A stretch of DNA of 64,000 nt from Candidatus Dojkabacteria bacterium (GCA_030950485.1 JAUZRK010000003.1:20228-84227), one strand, 5' to 3'; counted from the first letter of the stretch, positions 48,903 through 58,769 are shown. Program-made: numbers and translations. The notes: generated by a model not told the origin, from the sequence alone.

Positions 48903-49103
48903 TTATTTTCTTCTACTAAATTTTTTATTCTTCTCCATTTTAGAACCAAACTCAACAGAAGCTGTTAATTTAGCTCTCTTTTTAAGTCTTTTTCTCTTTA
49001 AGATGTTTCTTCCAGTCCAAGTTTTCATTCTTTTCATGAAACCGAACTTTCTGATTCTCTTTGTTTTACTTGGTCTATATGTTAATCCTTGTGTCTTTTT
49101 CAT
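48903..49103 (-). CDS. rpmH: 50S ribosomal protein L34 with N- and C-terminal extensions
   Basis: [41 protein letters not shown] matches L34 (TFQPS.LKR.R.HGFRARM.T..GR.VL.RRR.KGRK.LT). Confidence 0.75.
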   Translation of the reverse strand: MKKTQGLTYRPSKTKRIRKFGFMKRMKTWTGRNILKRKRLKKRAKLTASVEFGSKMEKNKKFSRRK

Positions 49104-49257
49104 ATCTTTTCTTTAAGCAGTCAATTATAGTATGTAATCTATTTAAAATCAATATAGATATATTTATCATTTGGTACACTTTATATTAACATAGGTTATG
49201 TTTATTCAGTAGTATTGGTGGGCTTACTTTTAATTTCTTCTAAGCTATAATTATCTA

Positions 49258-50424
49258 GTGAAGAAGAAAACATACAAGAAAAAAAGATTAAAAATAATCA
49301 TTAGTATAGCTACTATTTCTCTAGCTGTTGGTGCATTTTCAGTTTTTAGCTTAGGACTAATTGAAAGCAACCCAATAACCTTCAGCAATAATGTAAACAA
49401 TTCCCCTGATAGCAAAAGGAATAAAATAACAGCTGATGAAAAAAATGGAAATATAGAAGGGTTGTTTGATAGTAAAGTAAGTAATCATACTTTAATAGAG
49501 CAAGAAGTCGCTAGCGATGATAACAAAATTTATTTAGAGATTAGTAGAATAGATGGTACATATATTGGATATATTAATAATCAGTATGCGTACGAAGAAA
49601 AATTAAGAATCTTAGATAATGATATTTATAATATATTACTATATGGAGATTTAAATGCTTCATTTATTAAATCTGAAAATTTAAAAGATAAAATTATATA
49701 TCGTAGTTCTGATGAGTATCTTGAACTAGTTTCTTTAGATAGTCTTAATTTTAAAATAAGAGATTATTATTTTAATACAGCTAACCAAAAAATTACTTAT
49801 CTAGTTACTAATTCATCTGGAAGTGAAATTTATCAGGCTGATCTTAATGAAAAGACTTTAGACGCAAAGCAAGTTTTTAAAAGTAGTGAGGAGTTCTATA
49901 ATTTTTTAGATCATAGTGATAGTTATATTATATTAAGTAAGGGTGAGAAATGTTCGAAATTAAACTTATCTAATAAAAAATTAAGTAGTGTTAGTTGTTC
50001 TGAAGAACCAATTGTTAGTGTTGATAGAAATGGTGTAAAAAAACTAGATAGTGATTTAAATGAATACACTTATTTAATCAAATTTGATAATAAAACTATA
50101 GTTTCTCAAATCAAATATATTAATGAGAAAATATATTACATCAAATCTAATTCGGACAATTTAACAACAAAAAGTCTCATCGAATTTGATATAGAGGAAA
50201 GTACTGAATCAGTTATTTTAAATGATATTGATGTTGATAGAATAATAGACTATACAGTATTTAACAATGTAGCATTCTTAAATACGTTAGTTGATAATCA
50301 GCCAAGAATTCTATTTAAAGATACAACCCCTACTTCTTATACAGGAATATGTACTAGCTTTGATTGCAATGCTATTAGCAGTATAAATCTAGGAAGTGGA
50401 ATAGTAAGTATTCGGTTTCTGTAA
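49258..50424 (+). CDS. Hypothetical membrane-anchored/secreted protein (388 aa, Asn/Ser/Ile/Lys-rich)
   Basis: N-terminal TM (IIISIATISLAVGAFSVFSLGLI); no motif. Confidence 0.45.
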   Translation: MKKKTYKKKRLKIIISIATISLAVGAFSVFSLGLIESNPITFSNNVNNSPDSKRNKITADEKNGNIEGLFDSKVSNHTLIEQEVASDDNKIYLEISRIDGTYIGYINNQYAYEEKLRILDNDIYNILLYGDLNASFIKSENLKDKIIYRSSDEYLELVSLDSLNFKIRDYYFNTANQKITYLVTNSSGSEIYQADLNEKTLDAKQVFKSSEEFYNFLDHSDSYIILSKGEKCSKLNLSNKKLSSVSCSEEPIVSVDRNGVKKLDSDLNEYTYLIKFDNKTIVSQIKYINEKIYYIKSNSDNLTTKSLIEFDIEESTESVILNDIDVDRIIDYTVFNNVAFLNTLVDNQPRILFKDTTPTSYTGICTSFDCNAISSINLGSGIVSIRFL

Positions 50425-50432
50425 TTTTTAGT

Positions 50433-50879
50433 CTAACTTAGAAAGCTATCGATTAATAACTTCTTTGAATATGATTCATTTAAACCTCTAGACTTTATAT
50501 AATCTAGTAGTTCACGATCTAGATATCCAATAGTTGCCCCATGTCCAGCTTTAACCTCATCCTCAGTTATCTCTAAACTTGGAATAACTCTTGCTCTTGA
50601 TGTTTCATCGATAAGAAGACACCTTATAGTTAAGTATGAATCGACATTCTTAGCTCCTTTTTCTATTTTCAACATTCCATTCATATTAAAATACCCTCCT
50701 CTATATACAATTGCTTTTATTAAAATATCTGACTTTACGTCCCTATTTCTATGTATAAATACTGCATTTAAATTTAGGACTTCACCCTCATTCACTACAA
50801 AAGTACCTCTTATCTCTGAATCGACATTTACATTAATTGTAATATCTTCTTCTTTTGAATTTAGATTAATTTGCTTCAT
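50433..50879 (-). CDS. Orphan SufB/SufD C-terminal-domain protein (148 aa)
   Basis: SRARVIPSLEITEDEVKAGHGATIGYLDRELLDYIKSRGL matches the conserved SufBD C-terminal block; the N-terminal beta-helix region is absent. Confidence 0.55.
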   Translation of the reverse strand: MKQINLNSKEEDITINVNVDSEIRGTFVVNEGEVLNLNAVFIHRNRDVKSDILIKAIVYRGGYFNMNGMLKIEKGAKNVDSYLTIRCLLIDETSRARVIPSLEITEDEVKAGHGATIGYLDRELLDYIKSRGLNESYSKKLLIDSFLS

Positions 50880-51489
50880 TTAAGAAATTCTTTATTGGTT
50901 TATAGCTTTTTCTATGTATTTCAGTTACACCTAAAGATTTTAACGCATCTATATGCTTTTTTGTACCGTAACCTTTATGTGCTTCAAGTCCATAACCAGG
51001 AAATTTAAGAGAGAGCTCATTCATTAGTCTATCTCTCTCAACCTTGGCTATTATTGAAGCTGCTGCGATTGAGTAATATTTAAGGTCTCCTTTTATTACT
51101 TGTATAGTATTCTTACCAAAGTCTTCACTAAATCTACCGTCAATTAAAAAAAGTGTGTCAGGCGTATTTAAAAGTTTACATAAATCTTCAATTAGCTTTA
51201 TAACTGACTTGCCAATACCTACACTATCTATTAGATCAATATCTCCATATAAAGTCTGATAGTTATTTAAAGAAAGTTTCTCATAAACTTCTTCCCTTTT
51301 TTTAAGTGAGATTTTTTTCGAATCTGTTACATTGTCAACATGTCCTGAATCTGAACTATATATAAATGCAGTAACAGTAACAGGTCCTGCCCAACAACCT
51401 CTTCCAACCTCATCTATTCCTATAATTCTTTTGTATTTGCCTTCTGCTAATATACGAGTTTCGAAATCATCTTTTAAGAATTCAGTCAT
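50866..51489 (-). CDS. rnhB: Ribonuclease HII
   Basis: IIGIDEVGRGCWAGPVTVTAF (DE.GRG..aGPvv motif) and downstream ...DSKK... Confidence 0.85.
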   Translation of the reverse strand: MTEFLKDDFETRILAEGKYKRIIGIDEVGRGCWAGPVTVTAFIYSSDSGHVDNVTDSKKISLKKREEVYEKLSLNNYQTLYGDIDLIDSVGIGKSVIKLIEDLCKLLNTPDTLFLIDGRFSEDFGKNTIQVIKGDLKYYSIAAASIIAKVERDRLMNELSLKFPGYGLEAHKGYGTKKHIDALKSLGVTEIHRKSYKPIKNFLNEAN

Positions 51490-51491
51490 AG

Positions 51492-54407
51492 TTATAAATT
51501 GCTTTCTCTTATTGAAAATTTCTTCAATGATAAAACATTTTGAAAGTTGAAATATATATTAGGATCGAATTCGATTAATAAGGTTGGCTGTAAAGAATTT
51601 GCGAATCTATTTACATCTCTATCTAAGTTAATATTGTAACCAAATAATACCCCTTTTATATATAATCCATCTCCCTTTCTATTGATATCTGGATAATCTC
51701 TAGTTGTTATTATATCCCCATCTGATATTAAACTTGCTTCTATTATATCGTAGCTTGCTAGTGTTGGATCCAATACATCTAAGTCTGTTTTTAAATCACC
51801 GTTTAATATTTCTATGTTTCCCTTTACTATAAACATGCAGGCATCTTTTTGATTCAATGTCGTAAAGTCTGGTTCAATTGTTAAATTTCCCGTTATTAAT
51901 ACTATTGCTGGTTCATTACATATACTGTCTTTCTGTATTCGCATATTTCCATTTACTCTATATAATCCTTCATTATTTGGCAATCCCGGTAACTCTGTTG
52001 CTGCTGTTCCTAAGACGTTTCCTTCCACGTCATTAATACCAAGAACCTTAGAACAGTCTCTAAAACATGTAAAGCTTGTTTCATTTGCATCACATTTCCC
52101 ATCTCCACATATACCTGTAGTTTGACAATCATTAGGACAAGTTAATGTATTCTCTCCAAATATTGACTCACAAATACCATCATTATCACATGTGTCTTGA
52201 TTTCCTGTAATACAATCTCCCGGACAACTACTTGTATCTTCTCCACTCTCACATGTTCCATTATTATTACATCCTAAATCCTGACAATCATTAGGACATG
52301 TTATAAAGTCTTCTCCTAATGGACCTTCACAAACACTATTATTATTACATACCTCTACTCTACAAAATGTATCGCATCCATCTCCATCTACTAGATTTCC
52401 ATCATCACATTCTTCTGTATTTTGTCTTATTGCATCTCCACAAACTCCATTCTTATTATTATTTCCTGGGGTTCCAATTAATCTTCCATTTATTTCTACA
52501 TCACTATTTACCTCTATTACACTATCTGATTTACTTGAAAAGATTAGATATTCAATTTGTTTATAGAAGCTTCCTTTGTCTAAGATTAGTTCTGTTAATG
52601 TGTTATCTGAATAACTTCCTAATACTTGATTATATTTTGAGAATCTTGTTCTATCTGAACTTACTCCTCCATCTACAGTTATGTATTCTGATAGAAATGA
52701 TTGTTCATCTATATCAAACTCTGGTATTGTAATTCTTGCATCTGGTACTGATATTCCACTAAATCCACTATTTGCTAGTGTTGAGTTTCCAACAACCATT
52801 ATCCATGGTTTCTTTAAAAATGGTGAGGTTATTGTTCTTTTTATTGTTGATGGATTACATGCATTATCTTCTCCATTTATTTCGAATGCATAATTTGATT
52901 CTAGTCTATATTCTATATCTGCATAGTTATGCGTTCCTAGATTACCTAGATTAATTAGTGCATCTTGTTGTGTATTTGCTGTTGGAAAGTTAAAGATTGT
53001 AGGGATTGTATTATCTCTTAGTTGACTTCCGTCTTTATTTGATTCTACTAGACTACTGAAAGCTTTCATTCCTGAGTATGTATCATTTGCTCCGAATGTT
53101 ACCTCAAATGAATTATCTGAAAGATAATTAGCTGCACTTACACTTAGTGCTGGTGATGCTGTGTCTACTCCCCATACTACTGCTGTTGCTGTTAATGGAT
53201 TTATTCTTGAATATCTTAATCTTTCATTTCCTGTTGCATTTGATGAAAACAATACGCCATCTCCTGCTTCTGTTGCTACCATTGAGTAGACATCATATTC
53301 TTTATTTACAAAGTTATCTTTGAATTCTATTGCTATTGTACTTTCTCCACCTGTTAGATTTCTATTCCAATTTGTATTTACTCCAACTGACTTTAGAGCT
53401 GAGTTATTTGCAAAGTTATTTATATCTCCTCCATTTGCTACTGGAGTTTGTAATACTAGTTTTCCTGAATTATCTAACATGAATATTTCTCCTGTTATTA
53501 CATTTATATTTACTAGTATTGAATTATTATTTGCTACTGATGATCTTAGACTTGCTTCATCTATTACATCTGTAAATGTATTTCTTGGTACTAGTGCTAC
53601 TGATGTATATATGTTTGATCCTGGGTTTTCTACATTGTAGCTAAGCTTAAATGTTATTGGATTGCTTGTCCCTACATTATTTATGCTTCCTGAGATTCCC
53701 ACTCCGCAAACATCATTCCATGCCGCTCCTGCGTCTATCCCAAACTCTGTTATCTCTGGCCTCTTTGCTGTTGTGAAACTCCAAGTAGCTGAGTTAGCAG
53801 ATCTACTTCCGTTTTCTGTCCTAACAAACCATTGATAAGTAGTTTCCCAGTTTAAGCCTGCTAGATTTCTAGCAGTAGTTGAAGGAGGTAAATTGGCAGC
53901 CGCTGTAAGCCATGAAGCACTTCCTTGTACTCTGTAAAAAACATCATAATTATTATTATTTCCTGGGCAACCTTTTCCCCAACTAGATGTAGGATTCCAA
54001 TCTAATAATACTGAAGTTAAAAGACCACTAGAACCATTTGATGGGGAGGCTAAACTTACAGCGGCAGGGTTAGTAGAATTACAAGAAGGTATACAGCTTC
54101 CACTTGAACAAGCTGTCCCTGTATTACTGCAGTCTCCCTTATCCCAAGTATATTGGTTTATTTGCCCACCTACACTACAAGTAGCATCACAGTTAGAAGT
54201 GCCATTTGCATAACAATAATTAGAACAAGCAGCCTGACCAGGACAACTTACACATTCTCTAGGTCTACTACCTTCACACCACTTAGCTCCAACTCCTCTA
54301 CCTCCGCATGAATCGCAAGCATTAACAGTATTAAGCGATACCGCACCAAATAGTGTAAGACCAAAAGCTATGATTAAAAAAGAAATAATTATTTTAAAAT
54401 TTTTCAT
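51492..54407 (-). CDS. Large secreted cysteine-rich surface protein (971 aa) with Myxococcus-type cysteine-rich repeats
   Basis: Signal peptide MKNFKIIISFLIIAFGLTLFGAVS. Numerous Cys pairs at the N-terminus. Repeat CGDAIRQNTEECDDGNLVDGDGCDTFC followed by iterated ...C.NDG.CE.....E....TCPNDCQ units. Confidence 0.65.
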   Translation of the reverse strand: MKNFKIIISFLIIAFGLTLFGAVSLNTVNACDSCGGRGVGAKWCEGSRPRECVSCPGQAACSNYCYANGTSNCDATCSVGGQINQYTWDKGDCSNTGTACSSGSCIPSCNSTNPAAVSLASPSNGSSGLLTSVLLDWNPTSSWGKGCPGNNNNYDVFYRVQGSASWLTAAANLPPSTTARNLAGLNWETTYQWFVRTENGSRSANSATWSFTTAKRPEITEFGIDAGAAWNDVCGVGISGSINNVGTSNPITFKLSYNVENPGSNIYTSVALVPRNTFTDVIDEASLRSSVANNNSILVNINVITGEIFMLDNSGKLVLQTPVANGGDINNFANNSALKSVGVNTNWNRNLTGGESTIAIEFKDNFVNKEYDVYSMVATEAGDGVLFSSNATGNERLRYSRINPLTATAVVWGVDTASPALSVSAANYLSDNSFEVTFGANDTYSGMKAFSSLVESNKDGSQLRDNTIPTIFNFPTANTQQDALINLGNLGTHNYADIEYRLESNYAFEINGEDNACNPSTIKRTITSPFLKKPWIMVVGNSTLANSGFSGISVPDARITIPEFDIDEQSFLSEYITVDGGVSSDRTRFSKYNQVLGSYSDNTLTELILDKGSFYKQIEYLIFSSKSDSVIEVNSDVEINGRLIGTPGNNNKNGVCGDAIRQNTEECDDGNLVDGDGCDTFCRVEVCNNNSVCEGPLGEDFITCPNDCQDLGCNNNGTCESGEDTSSCPGDCITGNQDTCDNDGICESIFGENTLTCPNDCQTTGICGDGKCDANETSFTCFRDCSKVLGINDVEGNVLGTAATELPGLPNNEGLYRVNGNMRIQKDSICNEPAIVLITGNLTIEPDFTTLNQKDACMFIVKGNIEILNGDLKTDLDVLDPTLASYDIIEASLISDGDIITTRDYPDINRKGDGLYIKGVLFGYNINLDRDVNRFANSLQPTLLIEFDPNIYFNFQNVLSLKKFSIRESNL

Positions 54408-54466
54408 CTCTATAAAAGTTATTAATTACATAACTAGTATAGAGTATTTAGTTATTGAGATAAAAT

Positions 54467-54898
54467 TTATTTTTTCCTTAGTATTTTTGAAGATGCCGCT
54501 AATATAGTTATTAAACTAAATGCAGCAAAGGCCATAAACGGAATAGTTATAAAACCTAAAAAATTTACGTATATATTATCGCAAGGATTAGCTAATTCAC
54601 AAGTAGAGCTTTCAAATAGATCCGTCTTCTGAAGTAGATACTGATAACCATTTATAAACATACCTGGAATAGCTAGAGCTAAAATATATGCCTCAAAAGA
54701 TTTTTCCTTTTTTGCAATTGCTATCAAACCAATTATAGCCATTGGATATAGAAAGATTCTCCCATACCAACAAAGCTGACAAGGATAAATTTGTTCTACT
54801 TCGCTATAGTATAAGCTACCAAGAACGCCAGAAAAAGCTATTAGAGTAACTAGATGTAACCAATAATTAATTATGAATTCTTTTATCTTTAAAGTCAT
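54467..54898 (-). CDS. Disulfide bond formation protein B (DsbB/BdbC family)
   Basis: Four TM helices; first periplasmic loop Cys pair YPCQLCW and second loop Cys pair (STCELANPC). Confidence 0.65.
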   Translation of the reverse strand: MTLKIKEFIINYWLHLVTLIAFSGVLGSLYYSEVEQIYPCQLCWYGRIFLYPMAIIGLIAIAKKEKSFEAYILALAIPGMFINGYQYLLQKTDLFESSTCELANPCDNIYVNFLGFITIPFMAFAAFSLITILAASSKILRKK

Positions 54899-54953
54899 TT
54901 TATTTTAGTAATGTTTAAGTTGAATTAATAATACGCCCTCTTAGTAAATTTGT

Positions 54954-54986
54954 AAAAAAAAATACGCAATAAATTGCGTATTTTTC
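54954..54986 (-). terminator. Rho-independent terminator after rplS
   Basis: aaaaaaaa-atacgcaat-aa-attgcgtat-tttt; on the minus-strand RNA the hairpin is followed by U9. Confidence 0.75.
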
Positions 54987-55004
54987 TATATTTCTATTAT
55001 TCTT

Positions 55005-55475
55005 TTATTCAGATTTGTCTTCTTTCTTCTCTTCAACAATTTCTTCTTGAGCTTCAAGAGAAGCTTCTTCAACTACAACTTCTTCTTCTACTGGTTCTTC
55101 AACTTCTATTTCTTCTTCTATTACTGCTGCTCCAGGTTTCAATTTCATTGCAGCTTTTCCTATTCTATCTCTCATATAGTATAATTTTGATCTTCTAACA
55201 CTAGCGTGTTTTTCAACCTCAATTTTCTCTATATTTGTAGAATAAAGTGGTAGTATTTTTTCTACCCCTACTCCCTTTGTAATTTTTCTTACAGTAAACA
55301 TTTTGTCTGTACCTGAACCATTAGTAGACATTACCATTCCTTTGAACTTCTGAATTCTTCTCTTATCTCCATCTCTAATTATCGTATGTACTGTAACAGT
55401 ATCACCTGTCTTAACCTCAGGCCTTTTCACTCCCATATACTTACTTTGGATTTGTTTTATTTGTTCTTGGCTCAT
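55005..55475 (-). CDS. rplS: 50S ribosomal protein L19 (with acidic C-terminal extension)
   Basis: KRPEVKTGDTVTVHTIIRDGDKRRIQKFKGMVMS...FTVRKITKGVGVEKILPLYS...ASVRRSKLYYMRDR matches L19; extra Glu/Val-rich tail. Confidence 0.88.
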   Translation of the reverse strand: MSQEQIKQIQSKYMGVKRPEVKTGDTVTVHTIIRDGDKRRIQKFKGMVMSTNGSGTDKMFTVRKITKGVGVEKILPLYSTNIEKIEVEKHASVRRSKLYYMRDRIGKAAMKLKPGAAVIEEEIEVEEPVEEEVVVEEASLEAQEEIVEEKKEDKSE

Positions 55476-55622
55476 AGCTAAATATTTAATACTTTAGAAT
55501 ATCTATATCTTAATAACGTTTGAAATTTTAACAGAAAACGTCGCTATTTGCGAGGTGTTTTTTTATTGGTGATATAATTTAGTAATAATGTAACATGATT
55601 TGATTTATTATTGTAAAAAATA

Positions 55623-56276
55623 TTGGATGTTACAAAACTTAAAATTAAAAAGCTAGTTAGAGATTATATAAAAACCAGATCTAATATATATTTTGGAGAA
55701 ATATATAAAAGAAGTGTTGACGATGTATATAGGTTTGTGTACAGCAGAACCGGCGATAAGTCTGTTTCGGAAGATATTACATCAGAAGTGTTTATAACTT
55801 TAATAGATGTTATTGATAAATATAACTTTAAAGTAAAATTTACAACTTTTGTATATGGAATAGCTTTCAATAAAATTAGACAGCATTGGCAAAAAAATAA
55901 AAAAACATTTGAAATCTTTGAAGAGACTAATGAGAGCGATGACATAATAAATAATGAATATGCAATTGATTCAGATGTTTTAGAAAATATTGAAAAGAAA
56001 GAAGTTCAGATTGATGAAGTAATAAGCCAGTTAAGCGAAATTCTAGACATGCTATCTAAAAAATATCGTAATGTTTTAGTTGAAAGATTTATAAATTCTA
56101 AAAATATTAAGCAAACTGCTTTAACTTTAAATTTAAGTGAGGGAAATGTCAGAGTAATTCAAAATAGAGCCTTGAATAAAGCAAGACAGTTATCTTCAGA
56201 AATGTACGATACAGATGCTATTAATTTTTTAGAATCAAAGAAAATTTCAAGTAATAATTTAGTAAAAAGTTTTTAA
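55623..56276 (+). CDS. Sigma-70 family (ECF-like) RNA polymerase sigma factor
   Basis: Region 2 (DVYRFVYSRTGDKSVSEDITSEVFITL) and region 4 HTH (LSKKYRNVLVERFINSKNIKQTALTLNLSEGNVRVIQNRALNKARQ). Confidence 0.65.
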   Translation: MDVTKLKIKKLVRDYIKTRSNIYFGEIYKRSVDDVYRFVYSRTGDKSVSEDITSEVFITLIDVIDKYNFKVKFTTFVYGIAFNKIRQHWQKNKKTFEIFEETNESDDIINNEYAIDSDVLENIEKKEVQIDEVISQLSEILDMLSKKYRNVLVERFINSKNIKQTALTLNLSEGNVRVIQNRALNKARQLSSEMYDTDAINFLESKKISSNNLVKSF

Positions 56277-57164
56277 ATGAGAGGTAAAGAAATTATAAAA
56301 CAAAATGACTTAGTATATGCTCTTAGAGCAACTTCAAAAGATGCTAATGCCTCAGATGAATTTAAGTCTAGTTTACTAAACAAACTAAACCTAGAACTTA
56401 ATAGTAAGGGTGCAGTAAAGGTAAATGAACTTGAAATATCTTTAGAAGGATTTAAAAAAGTTAAATATTATAAAGCAGGAAACTCTGAGGAAGTATTATT
56501 ATTTATTCATGGAATCGGCACAATTGATAAGTTATATACTAAATTTATAAATTACTTTTCTAAAAAATATACTGTAATAGCACCTGCTTTACCTGGCTAT
56601 GGAACTTCTTTAGAAGATTGGTTCAAAACTAATAACTACAGTAAGGCTTTAGATAGCTATGCACTATTTGTAGAAAAATTTGTCAAATCTTTAAATTTAG
56701 ATAAACCAATTACACTTGTTGGTCACTCTTTTGGCGGTGCTGTTGCTATTAGATATGCTAAGAAAAACGAAAATCAAAAGCTTATAAAAAAGCTAGTTTT
56801 AGCAGATACTGAAAAAATACCTGTGGATATGAGTCTAAAAAGTTTCATTTATGGAAGTTTTAAGGCTCAGCTTTCTTACTTAAGAAGACTTAAAGTTAAA
56901 AACATAAGCATACTTAATTTCTTTATTAAAAATATAAGGAATTTAGTAGATACTTATAAGATTGCTTTTAATATTAATCTAGAAAAAGAGATAGAAGGAC
57001 TTAGATCTGATACAAAATTCTATCTTAACGATGAAAATGAAATCACACCTCTTAAGAAAATTAAAGAAGTTAAAGATATTATTAAAAATGTATCTGTAAG
57101 TGTAGTGAACTATCCAGAAGAAAGCTGGTTCTATGATTCACCAGAAAAAATCAAACTGTCTTAG
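56277..57164 (+). CDS. Alpha/beta-fold hydrolase
   Basis: Nucleophile elbow LVGHSFGGAVA (GxSxG) and N-terminal HGIG oxyanion region; start overlaps the sigma factor stop (TAAATGA). Confidence 0.6.
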   Translation: MRGKEIIKQNDLVYALRATSKDANASDEFKSSLLNKLNLELNSKGAVKVNELEISLEGFKKVKYYKAGNSEEVLLFIHGIGTIDKLYTKFINYFSKKYTVIAPALPGYGTSLEDWFKTNNYSKALDSYALFVEKFVKSLNLDKPITLVGHSFGGAVAIRYAKKNENQKLIKKLVLADTEKIPVDMSLKSFIYGSFKAQLSYLRRLKVKNISILNFFIKNIRNLVDTYKIAFNINLEKEIEGLRSDTKFYLNDENEITPLKKIKEVKDIIKNVSVSVVNYPEESWFYDSPEKIKLS

Positions 57165-57538
57165 CTGTCTAAATTCTTGTTTTGAGAAAGCAATTTTATT
57201 TCTTGTAGTTGCTTTCTAATTTCTCTTAAAGCTACTTCAACTGCTCTTAATCTAGAAGATACTTTATAATCTCTAGGATCTGAACCTAGAAAAAAAGTAA
57301 TTGGTTTTTTGAACAAGTCTGCTAGCTGAATTAATTTGTCGATTGGTGGCGCAATTCTACCTGCTTCGTAACCACTTATTGTTTTATCTGAAACACCTAG
57401 TGAAACTCCAACTTTTAACTGCGACATTCTTGCTTCATCTCTAGCCATTTTAATCCTAATACCTAACTCTCTCGTTATATCTTTCTTTCTCTGCTCCTCT
57501 TGCCTAAAAATTAGATCATTTATTCCGTTTGGTCTCAT
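57161..57538 (-). CDS. XRE-family helix-turn-helix transcriptional regulator
   Basis: SQLKVGVSLGVSDKTISGYEAGRIAPPIDKLIQLADLFKKPITFF is a classic Cro/C1-type HTH. Confidence 0.65.
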   Translation of the reverse strand: MRPNGINDLIFRQEEQRKKDITRELGIRIKMARDEARMSQLKVGVSLGVSDKTISGYEAGRIAPPIDKLIQLADLFKKPITFFLGSDPRDYKVSSRLRAVEVALREIRKQLQEIKLLSQNKNLDS

Positions 57539-57606
57539 CTATATTATTTAATTATTTGGATTTTACCAAAGGTTTAATAAATTACAAAACAAAAAACTTG
57601 TTCTTT

Positions 57607-57636
57607 AAAAAACCTGCCTATAATTAGACAGGTTTT
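57607..57636 (-). terminator. Rho-independent terminator after nrdB
   Basis: aaaaaacctg-cctataattaga-caggtttt; on the minus-strand RNA the hairpin is followed by UUUUUU. Confidence 0.65.
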
Positions 57637-57661
57637 CTACATAATTCAAAAAATTCTTTAC

Positions 57662-58663
57662 TTATTTCGCTTTCTTCTGACTTTTTATACCTCCTGCATT
57701 AACTTCATAAGAGGTATTTACTGCTTCAAAAAAATTCACTAATTGGAATGTATCATTTGCAGTACTCATCCATTTAGCTGGATTTGAAACTTTAAATTCT
57801 GGTTCAAATCCAAGTTCTTCTAATCTTCTATCCGCAACGTATTGAACATACTGATTTATAAAATTTGTATTTAATCCAAGTATTCCCTTTGGAAGTAGCG
57901 CCTTATTGTAATTCATCTCAAGCTCAACAGCCTCAACAATTATATTTCTAATTTCATCTGCAAAATCATTTGTAACAATATCTGGATTCTCCTCCAAAAC
58001 TGTCAATATCATATTAATACCTACTTTTAAGTGAAGAGCTTCGTCTCTAGAAATCCAGTCAGTAATTGTTGCAAAATTTCTAAGTAATTTTCTTTGTCTA
58101 AAATTCAAAGCAAACATAAATCCTGAATAAAACCAAACACCTTCAGTTACAATATTGGTTTTTACAATATTTCTAACAAAATCTTTTTTTCCTTCCTCAG
58201 TCTCAACATCTATTCCTTCTATCATTTTCTCTATTGAACTCATTAGAAATTCCTCCTTTACTCTTACTTCAGGAACATCAATATGAGTATTGAAAGCTTT
58301 CTTTCTATCAATTTCAAGAGTGTTTATAACATAGTCAAATGCTAATGCATGATTCACCTCTTCCCACATCTGCCTTACTAAATACATTTTTACTTCCGGT
58401 GCTGCAATGTGATTAAGCATACCGTATGTAATTGATTCATTTACATCATATTCCATTGGATTAGAAAACCCAATATACATAATAACGGCATTTTTTTCTT
58501 CTTCACTCATTCCCATCCAGTCTTGAATATCTTCTGCCATAGGAGCCTCATGCGGAAACCAGGTATTTGCTATAGCTTGATCTAGAAGTTCTTGTGCCCA
58601 TTCATATTCTATTTCATTTAGTTGAAGCTCATCTCCTTGATTTCTTTTTTTTAATAATGCCAT
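57662..58663 (-). CDS. nrdB: Ribonucleotide reductase small subunit, class Ic-like (R2c; Phe at radical-Tyr position, Glu at first metal ligand)
   Basis: Ferritin-like diiron motifs ..WEEVNHALAF.. (ExxH) and ..SRDEALHL.. (ExxH). Aligned to E. coli R2 ETIHSRSY the residue at H+4 is Phe, not Tyr. The first ligand block FSNPMEYDVNESI aligns to FISNLKYQTLLDSI, giving Glu in place of Asp84. Confidence 0.8.
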   Translation of the reverse strand: MALLKKRNQGDELQLNEIEYEWAQELLDQAIANTWFPHEAPMAEDIQDWMGMSEEEKNAVIMYIGFSNPMEYDVNESITYGMLNHIAAPEVKMYLVRQMWEEVNHALAFDYVINTLEIDRKKAFNTHIDVPEVRVKEEFLMSSIEKMIEGIDVETEEGKKDFVRNIVKTNIVTEGVWFYSGFMFALNFRQRKLLRNFATITDWISRDEALHLKVGINMILTVLEENPDIVTNDFADEIRNIIVEAVELEMNYNKALLPKGILGLNTNFINQYVQYVADRRLEELGFEPEFKVSNPAKWMSTANDTFQLVNFFEAVNTSYEVNAGGIKSQKKAK

Positions 58664-58720
58664 TTGAATAATTTAATGATTTAATCTACTTATGTTTATG
58701 CTGTCATATTAAGTTTAACA

Positions 58721-58748
58721 TAGACTTATCATTCATAAGATAAGTCTA
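58721..58748 (-). other. Intercistronic 10-bp stem-loop between nrdA and nrdB
   Basis: tagacttatc-attcataa-gataagtcta, a perfect inverted repeat in the 106-bp nrdA-nrdB spacer. Confidence 0.5.
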
Positions 58749-58769
58749 TAATATTAAGTTCTAAAAGAA

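Noticed and set aside
52319-52954. His/Leu/Tyr-rich plus-strand ORFs (137, 70 and 60 aa)
   Set aside because: Antisense of the Cys-rich repeat region of the 971-aa gene. Repetitive codon composition creates open antisense frames.
54974-55198. Leu/Gln-rich 74-aa plus-strand ORF
   Set aside because: Antisense to the acidic Glu/Val-rich tail of rplS.
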